Below, one piece after another: positions 1-10,123 of a stretch of 64,000 nt of DNA. Numbering within the stretch: the first letter of the stretch is position 1; every line of letters starts with the position of its first letter. Made by a program: the position numbers and the translations under genes. The notes beneath the pieces are model-generated. The model saw nothing but the letters and a program-made list of their open reading frames with translations. It did not search any database and was not told where the DNA came from. Origin of the DNA: Ministeria vibrans ATCC 50519 (taxonomy: Eukaryota > Protista > Filasterea); NCBI GenBank assembly GCA_943704425.1, contig CALSCP010002457.1:1-64000 (forward strand), in the 5' to 3' direction.

Positions 1-352
1 GAAGCGCACTCTACTTCATGAGGCGGCGGAGGCGACGAACGCTATGATTGCAGCTCGGACGGTGGCAGCGATGGACGACAACCAGAAACTTCAACACCAA
101 CAAGTCCAACTTCAACACCAACAAGTCCAAATCCTTGCCAGCATCGCCGAGTCACTCAAAATTCTCGCAGCTCGAACCTTTCCGCGTGAAAGTACAGATA
201 CTTCCAACATGCCGACGTTTCCGTTCATCGCATCCCCTTGCGTTGGCGAACAGGGACGAAATTCGTCAACGTTGTCAACGATGCCGGCGTCCGCTTCTGC
301 CGCCGCTAGTGCCAGTGGACAGTCGGGGCCCTCGGCGTCCTTTGGAGTCTAG
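1..352 (+). CDS. 3' end of a gene convergent on the transposase; possibly the second (Myb/SANT-type) ORF of a PIF/Harbinger element
   Basis: Frame is open from the window start to the stop at 352. Coiled-coil-like segment (LQHQQVQ twice, from a 21-nt direct duplication at ~88-129) followed by a Ser/Ala tail. Lies tail-to-tail with the transposase. No Myb domain is visible in the window. Confidence 0.35.
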   Translation, partial: KRTLLHEAAEATNAMIAARTVAAMDDNQKLQHQQVQLQHQQVQILASIAESLKILAARTFPRESTDTSNMPTFPFIASPCVGEQGRNSSTLSTMPASASAAASASGQSGPSASFGV

Positions 353-438
353 TATTGGTGTACGTACTGCGACCACATACGTACACAGTAGTGTTGGCTG
401 GTATGTATGTGAGAGATTAATAAGAGATTAATAAGAGG

Positions 439-472
439 AAGAAGAATACAACCCATTTATTAATGATACAGT
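439..472. repeat. Dispersed 34-bp motif AAGAAGAATACAACCCATTTATTAATGATACAGT, copy 1
   Basis: Identical to 5098-5131. The reverse complement contains AATAAA followed by a GT-rich tract, just downstream of the transposase stop. Confidence 0.85.
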
Positions 473-492
473 AAACGCATCACATTTTTCAA

Positions 493-2282
493 TTACAAAT
501 TTCGATTTTTCACATGTGCGAGGTCACCTTGGTGAGGAAACCACATCTGATAGAGAGTGCACACTGCTCCAATGATCTCCGCGGTCGAGTCGACAATGTG
601 TCCCGTCGTTTTCATTCGCCTCATAATCGGAAATAGCCCGCCACACTGGCCAAAAGTTTGTTCGACAGACTGCCTCGCACACGCGAGCAAAGACTCATCA
701 AGTTCCAGTTTGGCGGCACACTTGAGATTTTTGAAACCTATATATACCCGCATAAAGATAGGCATAATGTTTAATTGTACGAATTGAATGCTGTTACCTA
801 TCTAGGGGGTAGACACGATTAAAAAAAGTACTACCTTTAAACATTCCGATGATATTCATATGGGGAGATTCGGAAAGTTTTCGAAGACTCTCCAAATCCG
901 ACTGATCCTCCGCGTAGTCGTGTGCGGTAAAAAACCCTTTGTCACCGAGAATGCTTTCGTTCTCCTCAAAGTACAGATCGCCTAGGGTGAAGACATACTT
1001 CTTCTATTTCATGAATTGCAAAATAACTTCACGTACCCTGAGAATTCCTTGTTCCCGAAGCAAAAATACTCAAAGCTCTCACTTGAGTCACATCAGGAGT
1101 GGATCCCGTGAATCCCGTTGCCATGTAGCTAAATTAAGACGAGAATTTCAGGGAGGACGTCAGACGGATTAGAGTTTGCGAATTGTGTGATCACACCGAA
1201 TTTGTCCATCAGGCGACACAACGGCCATTGAGCCAAGAAAGAATCCCAACCCTTTCAGGTGATGGATCGTAAGAAAGTTTGTGTGAAGTGAATCAGACTC
1301 ACATGGCTGACTTGGTTGCTGAATCTGCGTGTCAAAGAGTATTAAAACATGATTACCCGAGTCAGAGTGCCTCAATGAATCCCCAGCCAGGTGCCAAACT
1401 TGCGAAGTCGTCGTGACTTGATCTGCTGGCACAGAGTCCGATTCATGTGTTTGCGCTCGTCGTGGCTGGGCCAAACGACATATTTCGACTTTAGTGACAC
1501 TGCACTACTGAGGGTAAAGTCAAAGTATCGACCGACACAGCTCTCGCTCACACCGTAGGTAGCCGACAGATACTGAAACGTAAAGGCTTGAAAGTGGCGA
1601 AGCCCAATGAACACGTGCTCCTCGCTCGTGTATTTCGAGCGGCCACGCTTGAGTGGAAGGAGGCTGACGGCTGGTGTCCGTTTAAAAAGATCAAGTCTAA
1701 AAATAGCGACTCACTACAATCAATATTATAATGCAACATATACGTACTGCTCAGCGGCAACCACGATCTCATGAAACTGGGGCATCAAATCTTCAGTACA
1801 CGGATGATGTAACTAGGGTTGTTGATGCTTGCCATCGGGCAATCAGCGAGAGGAACTCGGGGAGAAAACTCATACAGGCTATGGGCCTTCGACACGCTTG
1901 TACCTCGCCCTCGACCCCTGTTCAAGATTCTGGACGCTGACTTGCTGGATAGAGGTTTCTCCAACTCTGTGCAAACACCGACGAGTGAACCATCCTTTGT
2001 TAGGCGCGCGAAATGGTGGGAGCTGTCTTCGACGGTCTCAACAATTTCGTCAAGTTCGCAAAGGGATTCCAAGGCGGCCTGACGAATGGGATAGAACAAG
2101 GGTTGAACCATCCCATTTATCAAGGGAATGAACATGATTTCACGGGAAAAGGAACCGTCAGATGCGCTCGCCACACTCGCAACGGTGAAAAAAGTGGCGA
2201 GATTCGAGTAGCCATGAGTTGGGAGTATAATATTGTCGCCGCCGCCGCCTAATCGAGTTCCCCAGAGAGCATAATCTATCAT
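493..2282 (-). mobile_element. Degenerate, intron-containing PIF/Harbinger-family (DDE_Tnp_4) transposase pseudogene
   Basis: HTH segment EEHVFIGLRHF..TFQYLSATYGVSESCVGRYF. First catalytic motif WLG(FIDG)T is disrupted by indels near 1370-1385. GFTGSHS(D) is frameshifted near 1095. Also ILGDKGF (~935-955) and ARQSVEQTFG (~650-685). GT..AG introns near 1326-1357 and ~1700-1745. TIRs not identified. Confidence 0.8.
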
Positions 2283-2528
2283 AGTCGTCTATTAACTATT
2301 ATTATTAAGTAACCGATGTGAGCCTGATGAGTGAATCTGCGATTTTTGGGGGCGGGGCGAGATTCTGAGAGAACGTTAACTTTTTTTGTTGTTCTTTTTC
2401 GATACGTCAGATTTATTTGAGTCTTAACTCCTACGACGGGGCACTTCTTTTTTCCTTCCTGTTGCTCGAATTGTTTCGACGCTCTGAACTTCAAGCACCA
2501 ACGTTACCTCCCGTTACTCCCGTTACTG

Positions 2529-5028
2529 ATGGCAGCGCGAAGGAGAGTTGCGGTGTTGCTCACCATTAGTGCTGCCATCCTCTGCGCCTTCTACGCGGTT
2601 GTTCACTCACTCTCGGCTGGTCAGACCACTGTTCATGACCGGACAGGCCGTAACTCCCGCGCTTGGCCGTTGCCAAGACCGTTGTCTCGTCTCGCTCTTT
2701 CGCTAAACTCCCAACAAAATCGCATCCTGAACGTAGACCCAATTCATGAGACTCAGGGTCCAACCGTTCCACCAAGGCCTTCGCCAAGAACCAGTTATCG
2801 CACGTTTTCCACGTCGAACGGGACACGAGGGCACGACAGCGGTATTCATCATTCGCAGATGTCGTCTCGGTTTCTCTCGGCTGCGCGCCCCGTACAAACA
2901 CACATCAATTGGCACGCACCCTCGCAAACTACAATAGAGAATAACACCCAATACCAGAGCTTGGATGTGTATCTTTTCACACGGGTGCGGTGACCACGCG
3001 AAGCATCTTCTTTTCTAAATTCTAGTTTCGACTTCCTTTCTACTTTCTAAAACCTTTTCTTAGGTTCACGCTTGTGGCATCTCCTGCTCCTACCTGCTTC
3101 GCCACCAGCTTCAACATGCCATGTATACGCTCAACATATCCTCTGCCAACGTCCTTTTAGAAATTTCGCCCTCGAGTGACGCAGCAGCTGTCAAAGATCT
3201 GTTTGTGACAGCCATGGCCTGTGGGCTGTCCAGAAACGCTATTCGCCTTGCGGACGAATCAGTGACACCCGCACAGCGACTTTTTGACCGTCTAAGCGAA
3301 ACAAATCGGCAGCTTCAACACGTTTGGGTTGTGCTGGCCAACGGTAACGACCTCGTTGATCTGGGGCAACGCACTGCTATTTCTGTCGCTCGCGAAATGG
3401 CTGCAAATCGCGCGCTCGTCCTCAGCTCACTGTGGCACCAACACGGCACTTGGCAGTCTAACGAAGAGACATCTGTCACTTTGGATACACCAATATTTCT
3501 GCAATACCCTTGTGTGCGTCGACAGCCGTCTGAGTTAGGAAAATTGGACAAAATGCAGCAGCGGAGAGTCTCTATGATCCGAGGCGACGTCGGCGTCACC
3601 GCTGACTTTCAGGACGTTTTTCAGTCACACTCATTGTGTGTCGTGGCTCTACTCCCTTCCGTACTGGGTTCAGGAGGCGACCGAGCTAAAGCCGAGCAAG
3701 TGTGCCGATCGCGCGTGACCATGACCATGGACAACGATGACACACGCCTGATGAATCTCGGCTCTGTGGCGCACTTCCCTTGCTCCGTTGGCACTCGTTA
3801 CGGTGATACGGACGCTGTGGAGTGCAGTATGGTATACCTAGCAGATACGCCCCCAAGGCAAAGTGGCCAACTACACCGCCGCTGTGTCAACGAAGGTCCA
3901 GTCGACACGGGCGCGTGTGCGCTCTCTTTCGGCGCCGGGCGACATGCTATCCTTGTGACTGGCACGTGTAGCGAAGCTCAAGGTATTGCAGCAGTGATAC
4001 GCACGGTATCGAGTTATGCATCCGAAGCTATTGATATTTTGGTGGTAACAACCGATGGTGGATGTATGCTGCGAGAGCTCGAGCTTCACAACGGATTTGC
4101 TACACCTTGGCTCGACCGCTCTGTGCCACCTTTGCTCCGTGGGCAATATGCCATGCGACGTCGGCGCATTTTTGTGAGCGAGTTGGATGTCGTAGAGCTC
4201 AACGGCTGGAGTGACAAGTTTGCTGCACTACACAACGTGTCGCACGATGGTCGTGCGCAGTTGTCACGAAGCGATCTTTTTACCCCGCTCAATTTTGTGC
4301 GCTTTCGCGTTGACAAATTGTTTCCGCCAACCGTAAAGCTTGCCCTGTACCTTGATACCGATGTCATGGTTCGCGCGGATGTTGTTCCCCTGTTTGGAGG
4401 TGTCGCAACAGAATGCTCGCGCGAGCATCCCCAATGGGCCATGGCTGCCGCATCGGTTGAACTGAGCCCTTATGTCCATCAAGACGCTCAAAGGCACAGG
4501 TTTTTTGGTTTCAGCGATTGGCTCGATAGAAAGCGACGTCCTGAGTTTGCTGCGAGAGTGACTGATGCAATCCGTAGGTACAATAGGCGGCCGCCAAAAA
4601 CGAAGAGAGGTCGCGATTCTTTACTGAACATTGGCGTGACACTGTTCAATCTGCCACGATGGAGGATGGACGAGATGGAGGAGCGTTGCATGCAATGGAT
4701 GGACTTCCTACGACACTACGAGAAGCAGACCTTTGCACAAGAGCCCCTGAACTTGGCCACGCGTGGATTTCAGTGTCTGATTGACAGTACGTTCAACATG
4801 CAGCCAGGTGGGGTGAGTTTTGCGTGCCTGGCGCACACCAGCTCGGGTGAGTCTCAGCATCCTATGGCGAATTTTCAACCTGTTATACTACACGCAAAGG
4901 GCCCCTACAAGCGGCATACGAACCGCTCGCGCGACGACCAGATTCGCCAACAAATGCCTGATGATAAGTGTGTCGAGGGTGTTTTTCAAGATGCGTGGGA
5001 CGACGCATTGCGTCTCGACTCCACTTGA
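2529..5028 (+). CDS. Type II membrane glycosyltransferase, family 8 (GT-A), ~806 aa; exons 2529-2984 and 3064-5028
   Basis: N-terminal signal anchor (RRRVAVLLTISAAILCAFYAVV). A phase-0 GT-AG intron at 2985-3063 joins the two track ORFs in frame. GT8-type motifs: RFRVDKLFP, LYLDTDVMV (DxD), LNIGVTLFNLPRWR, QEPLN, ILHAKGPYK. Confidence 0.85.
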
Positions 5029-5050
5029 CTTTATACTGTAGATAAATATT

Positions 5051-5180
5051 AATAAGAAGAAGAATACAACCCATTTAATAAGAAGAAATAGAAGAAGAAG
5101 AAGAATACAACCCATTTATTAATGATACAGTCACCACGCGAAGACACAGAAGAAATAAAGAAGAATACAACCCATTTATT
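5051..5180. repeat. Three clustered copies of the AAGAAGAATACAACCCATTT(ATT) motif, plus a degenerate copy at ~5498-5520
   Basis: Copies at ~5057, 5098 and 5158, in the intergenic region between two convergent genes. Confidence 0.85.
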
Positions 5181-5634
5181 TTAGGTCATTTTACCTTTTT
5201 CTTTCTTTTCTTCCTTTCTCTCCCTTTCTACTTTTTGCATTTTCCTTCTTCCCTTTTTCTTCTCCCCTTTTCATGCGAGATGCTTAGTTTAAACTCATGA
5301 GGCGTTTTCAGCTGCTGAGCGGTTTACTTGCTTGGGTGAATGGCTCTGCATGCAAGTCTCTCGGAATGTCCGTTTCGGCCCATGCGGGGGTGAAGCAGCC
5401 GCTTCGGATGGCTAGATTGTCTTGTACAATGAAGCTTTCGCCCTAGGACTTCCAAAATATATTAATTTAGGTTAAAATAAGATTTCAATAAGATAAGAAG
5501 AAGAGTACAATCCATTAATTATTCATAATAGAATACGACGAGTAATAAATAATCAAATTTAATAATAGTAATAGTAATACCAATAAAAATAATACTAATA
5601 ATAAGAATACTAATAATAATAATAAATAATTATT

Positions 5635-5665
<31 letters not shown>

Positions 5666-5742
5666 AATAAGAATAATAAAATTAATATAAAATATAATTA
5701 TTATATTTTTTTTCTACAATCGGTTTCAGTTTATTGAAAATA

Positions 5743-7758
5743 TCAGACATGACGAGGCGTGAGCTCAAAAATCAAATGACATTCTTCGGAACCTCTATTC
5801 CAGGAAGCGTGGGGGGCGGATGCATTGATAAAAGCCATACCAAACTGCGGCAAGTCCGAAGGTGCACTAGATGTCTTAGCATTGAGTGTGATCGAGCCGA
5901 CGAGCTGAAGCATGAGTACAATGTGAGAGTCGACATGAAACGGCGGCTGCGAGTTGACATGCGGTTTGCAGCTAATGGCAATGTTCACCTCATCCAACTG
6001 ATGTCGAACCACGCGACTGTAGCCGTTTAAGTCTAACAAACGTAACTTGGTCACCCGGCGACGTGCATCATCAAGAGAGTTGTCGAGTAAAAATAACGTG
6101 TCGCTTGAGCAAATAGTCGCCGGCAACGTTGCACCAACAACGTGCGTCTGCATGCGCACACACATATACGCGGCATAACCGTTGGTGGCATCATCCTCAG
6201 CCACAAAGACAGCATGACTCACGCCTGCGCCAACCATAACGATGTCGTGTCGTTTCAAGAGCACCCACTGCTCCACACTGGTCTGAACAGATCTATCAGG
6301 TAGGCCACTGGCGTCGACGGTACTGAGCAGTCTGAACACAATCATGCCTGACAACACGAAAAAGATTTCCTCATCGCCATGGTAATGGAGACCATGATTT
6401 TGCTGGTGTGCAGCACTTTGTTTGGTCACGTGTGCATGAACAAAGTCCCAAACAGGTGTGCTCACGTCCATCATGTGCAACTGGCACTTTTTCGAACAGG
6501 GAGTCTGAAGAAAACCCGCGAGGCGATTATCAATACGGAGTGTTTCGTCAGTTTGCAATGGCCGCGCATGACCACCATGATCTGGAACGTCGAGCTGAGA
6601 CTTTTCGAGAGACTTGCCTTGATGTAGGCGCACTGTGTCCAAATCAAGAATGTGATTGAGAGGCCTGCTGGGCGTGCGCCTGGCAAAAACGTCGGAGCGA
6701 ACACGCACGACAGGAGGAATCAGAGCCGCGTATTTGATGTGCTCAGCAGCATCAAATGTGAGTGGCTGACGAAGGGCACACTTGTTGGCGGCAGCGAACT
6801 GTGCAATGATGCTGTGACGCGGGGCATTGGTAGGGTTAATGACACCATGCCAAGTGCGTCCCTGCCACATGACAAAGTCACCGTCAGAAATAGAAACTTG
6901 CACAGCTTCCGCATGTGGCACTCGTGTTGTCAGGTATTCAGTGAGTCGCTCGGTGGCTGTGTGAAATTGGGCAGGAGTCTGGCCCTTGGACTTTGGCAGC
7001 CCTGGAAGAGCATCTTGAGCCATTGTAGGCACATAGTGAGATTGTCGAAGGACCCAAGGAGAGGTGCCCAAGTCGGGCGACACATTCTCGATGGCAATCC
7101 ACACAGTCACTGTCTCCCAGCAATCGAATACATTTACATCTGAGTGCCAGCGATGAACTTGGCCGGGATCACGGTCCAAAAAGTCAATGCCTTGAAGCAC
7201 AACATCGTCGTGGGGATCGAGCACAGCACGTACAGCGCTCACAATGGGCTCCTGCAAAGCAAGCTCGACGCACCCTGGCATGTACGCTGCGCAGCTTTTC
7301 AGCCAAGGCTCGCGAGCAAGCCCACGTTGCTTCCAAGACCCTTTATAAGCACCACGAGTGGATGTTCCGCTGAGACGCATCCACGTGTCATAGAGAGACC
7401 AGGCGTCGTCGCGTTTCGCCTTGGTGTTAAGATTTGACTGGAACACATCGCTGAAGCCGTCGCTCCAAAATTTGGTACACAGCGTGCTGTTCGTGCTCGT
7501 CTCGCATCGACTGAGGGATGCTTTGACAAGATCTGGAAGGTGGGCGACTGGAACTCGATCGGGTGACGACCGAGAAACGGGAGCATCAATAGCTTTGGAC
7601 GCGGAGATGGAGACATCCAGCTGAGCGACAGATCGCGCAGGGAAACGATCCAAGGGGAGCGACTCGTGCGGCGAGGAGGGCCAAAAATGAAGTGATAACA
7701 CCACAAAAGTGGCCAGAACGATCAGGGACGCGAGACTCTGACGACACGAGACACGCAT
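5743..7758 (-). CDS. Signal-anchored PhyH-family 2-oxoglutarate/Fe(II) dioxygenase fused to two cupin domains (671 aa, intronless)
   Basis: N-terminal TM (LASLIVLATFVVLSLHFW). PhyH motifs WHSD, VTVWIAIENV, GDFVMWQGRTWHG, R..IIAQF. Cupin 1: HYHGDEEIFFVLSG...GAGVSHAV. Cupin 2: FHVDSH...INASAPHASWN. Confidence 0.8.
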   Translation of the reverse strand: MRVSCRQSLASLIVLATFVVLSLHFWPSSPHESLPLDRFPARSVAQLDVSISASKAIDAPVSRSSPDRVPVAHLPDLVKASLSRCETSTNSTLCTKFWSDGFSDVFQSNLNTKAKRDDAWSLYDTWMRLSGTSTRGAYKGSWKQRGLAREPWLKSCAAYMPGCVELALQEPIVSAVRAVLDPHDDVVLQGIDFLDRDPGQVHRWHSDVNVFDCWETVTVWIAIENVSPDLGTSPWVLRQSHYVPTMAQDALPGLPKSKGQTPAQFHTATERLTEYLTTRVPHAEAVQVSISDGDFVMWQGRTWHGVINPTNAPRHSIIAQFAAANKCALRQPLTFDAAEHIKYAALIPPVVRVRSDVFARRTPSRPLNHILDLDTVRLHQGKSLEKSQLDVPDHGGHARPLQTDETLRIDNRLAGFLQTPCSKKCQLHMMDVSTPVWDFVHAHVTKQSAAHQQNHGLHYHGDEEIFFVLSGMIVFRLLSTVDASGLPDRSVQTSVEQWVLLKRHDIVMVGAGVSHAVFVAEDDATNGYAAYMCVRMQTHVVGATLPATICSSDTLFLLDNSLDDARRRVTKLRLLDLNGYSRVVRHQLDEVNIAISCKPHVNSQPPFHVDSHIVLMLQLVGSITLNAKTSSAPSDLPQFGMAFINASAPHASWNRGSEECHLIFELTPRHV

Positions 7759-7980
7759 GGAAGCAACAAAATGAATAAAAAATATTATTATAATAATAAT
7801 AATAATAAAAAGTAATAATAATAATAATTATTATTATTAAATCATTTTAACTCATGATGAACGGCTCTTATGGCTGCAACTCTGAACTCAAATCACACTC
7901 AAATGAACCAAAACCAAAAATTCGATTGGGATTTGGAAGATGATCTATATAAACCATTGTAAATGATTACAGATTCAGAT

Positions 7981-9836
7981 TTAAGTTTTAATACAGCTCT
8001 CATCACCCTCTTTACACCACGTGCGTAGATCGGTCGTATACGTTGGATTCCACCCATTGTCACGTTTGCAGCGATTGTACTCAATACGCAAATCAGTGCC
8101 GTGTAGAGAGAACTTCGCTTCCATATAGTCGCGTGGTTTCTTTTTAAGCCCCTTGTATCGCTGGGGTCCCCTACGGTTAATAGTTTGCACACGGTCATTC
8201 GGCTCCAAGACCAACGTGCGATAATCAGGTGTCGCAGTGCCCGCGATGATATTGCAATCTACTCTGACATGGTACGAGCTCGACTGGGCATCCCACGTTG
8301 CGCGTGCCTTCCCTTTCACATGTCCGTACTGGCATTCTCCCCCAGTCAGTGTAAAGGCATGCACAAGGGGTACGGTAGACTGAGTACAATACACGGCCAG
8401 AAAGGCAGAAAAGACGACTGCCACGACAGAGAGGATTAGAATCTTGCGCCATTCGACGGTGACGGGCGTAACGGTGGGAGGCGCGACGAGTCGGTTCCGA
8501 GTCGTCCTTTGCCCGTCGCCATTGGCGACAATCCTCTGAAGTGGCCGAAGAAAAAAGACGAAAGTGTTACGAGGATGGTTTGTGTAATAGATATATACTC
8601 TCTGCTCACCTGTGAGTTGGGCGGAATGTTAACTGCCTTGAACGGCCACAAGGGTGGCGAGTCCTTTCGGACAAATAGAAACTGTCCAATATTGGCGCTC
8701 TCAAGAGATAATTGCGGAAGAGTGAGTCGACCGCGCACGCATGTAGGCGAAAGGTGACTGTAGCCGAGCTTGAGCATGATTGAATTCATGCACTCGCGCA
8801 GTTTCTCTTGAACATGGCCCACCGTCGCCCAATTGCACAACTCTCCATCTGACTCACCGGCAAAGGCAGTTGGGTTTGCGCACCACAGCACTTCCTGCAT
8901 CGCCATCGAGAGCACTGTCCCTTGCCATGCCGTCCCTATCAGAGCCGAGGTGTTACTGAGCGACGCTCCGATGAACTGGTACGACGGGCGGTCGTATTGT
9001 TCACGCCACGCCACATCAATAAACGCCTGTGCCTCGTCTGGAACGAAGCAGTCGGCATTCAGAGCCGCACCAGCGGAGCATGCATCTGCAATGATGAGCA
9101 GGTGGCGCCAGCGTGATAGGAGAGTCAGGTCGAATAGTAGTTGCGTCATGGTATACCCTCCGGCGACCTTCTCTTTTTCGTCTTGATAAGTAACACTGGC
9201 GGCGTTGAAGGCGAGGGTGAAGCGTCCCTCGTCATCCTTGAAACCGTGGCCGACAAGATACACTGTCAGCTCTGTGTTGGTGTTTGCAGGGCCCTTGTGT
9301 TTGTCGTCAAGGGTGGTGGGCTTCGCCATTGCTGCCGCGCCAATGCACTCAATGATGCTGGTTTGTGGAAGACAAGGCACTGACTTCCACAGAAGACAGC
9401 CTTTGTTCTCCGCTTCGACCGCAAACTTTGCGCGTCTCGATTCCTCCGCCTCCTGCGCCGGCGTCAAGTCCGGCTTCTCCCCAAAGAATGACGTCGCGTC
9501 ACCGTACGGCACTGATCCTGCGCTGAGGGCCTTGTCGGTGACAACGGACACAAGGTCGTATCCGTTCTGAAGCATCCCAACGGCGGTGTTGCGAGCGGCA
9601 ACCAAAGCGCCAGGCATGTCGCAGAAGTAGGGTTCGGGTGTCGGTGTGTCCGCATCACGCCTTGCGCGCTGGCTGGTTGCGTCATTGTAGCTGCAGCGCG
9701 CAATGATGATGCCTTGTCGATACGTTCGTCGCAGACCATCGATCCCTGAGAAACACCCGGTGAGTAAAAGGCTGCTACATCCATGACACACATAATGAAC
9801 TACAAATGCTGCGACGGCAGGTGGGGCTGTACTCAT
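7981..9836 (-). CDS. Membrane-anchored caspase-family (peptidase C14, metacaspase-like) protein: caspase domain, TM helix and ~135-aa ectodomain; exons 9836-8610 and 8535-7981, ~593 aa
   Basis: C14 motifs YRQGIIIARCSY, MPGALVAAR, VYLVGHG (His), LIIADACSAG (Cys), and p10-like FIGAS...GTVLSMAMQEVL. Intron 8609-8536 (CAG|gtgagc...cacttcag|AGG) is phase 0 and splices in frame into the 7981-8424 ORF through WRKILILSVVAVVFSAFLAVYC. Confidence 0.75.
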
Positions 9837-10123
9837 AGAGAGGGCAACAAAGGACAATTCCGGGCGCGTCAAAAAATGACAGAAGCAGGAAAGCCACACA
9901 CGCCGGCTGACGGCTCACGGTTGACGGCTGTACGCGTCTGGATCATCAATCATGGGTGTTCTTACACAATTGATCAGCGCCCACAGCGGAAAAGGCAGTC
10001 ATTGAAAAATTATTGTCGATTTTGATTTTCGACGGATCAATCAACAAAACTGTGTGTGTGTGTGTGAGCGAATAAAAAATTAAAAGACAAAAGTTATTTT
10101 ATTTTTTTCTTTTCGTCATCGTC

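Noticed and set aside
2502-2527. Triple CGTTAC repeat just upstream of the GT8 ATG as a regulatory site or transposon end
   Set aside because: Too short, seen only once, and no matching inverted partner in the window.
5051-5180. CRISPR-like array (three ~23-bp repeats with short spacers)
   Set aside because: Spacers are unequal and low-complexity (GAA-rich), the repeats are not palindromic, there are no cas genes, and the context is eukaryotic.
7981-8424. Independent small secreted protein
   Set aside because: Starts at GTG in the middle of a hydrophobic helix with no in-frame upstream ATG; better explained as exon 2 of the caspase-like gene.
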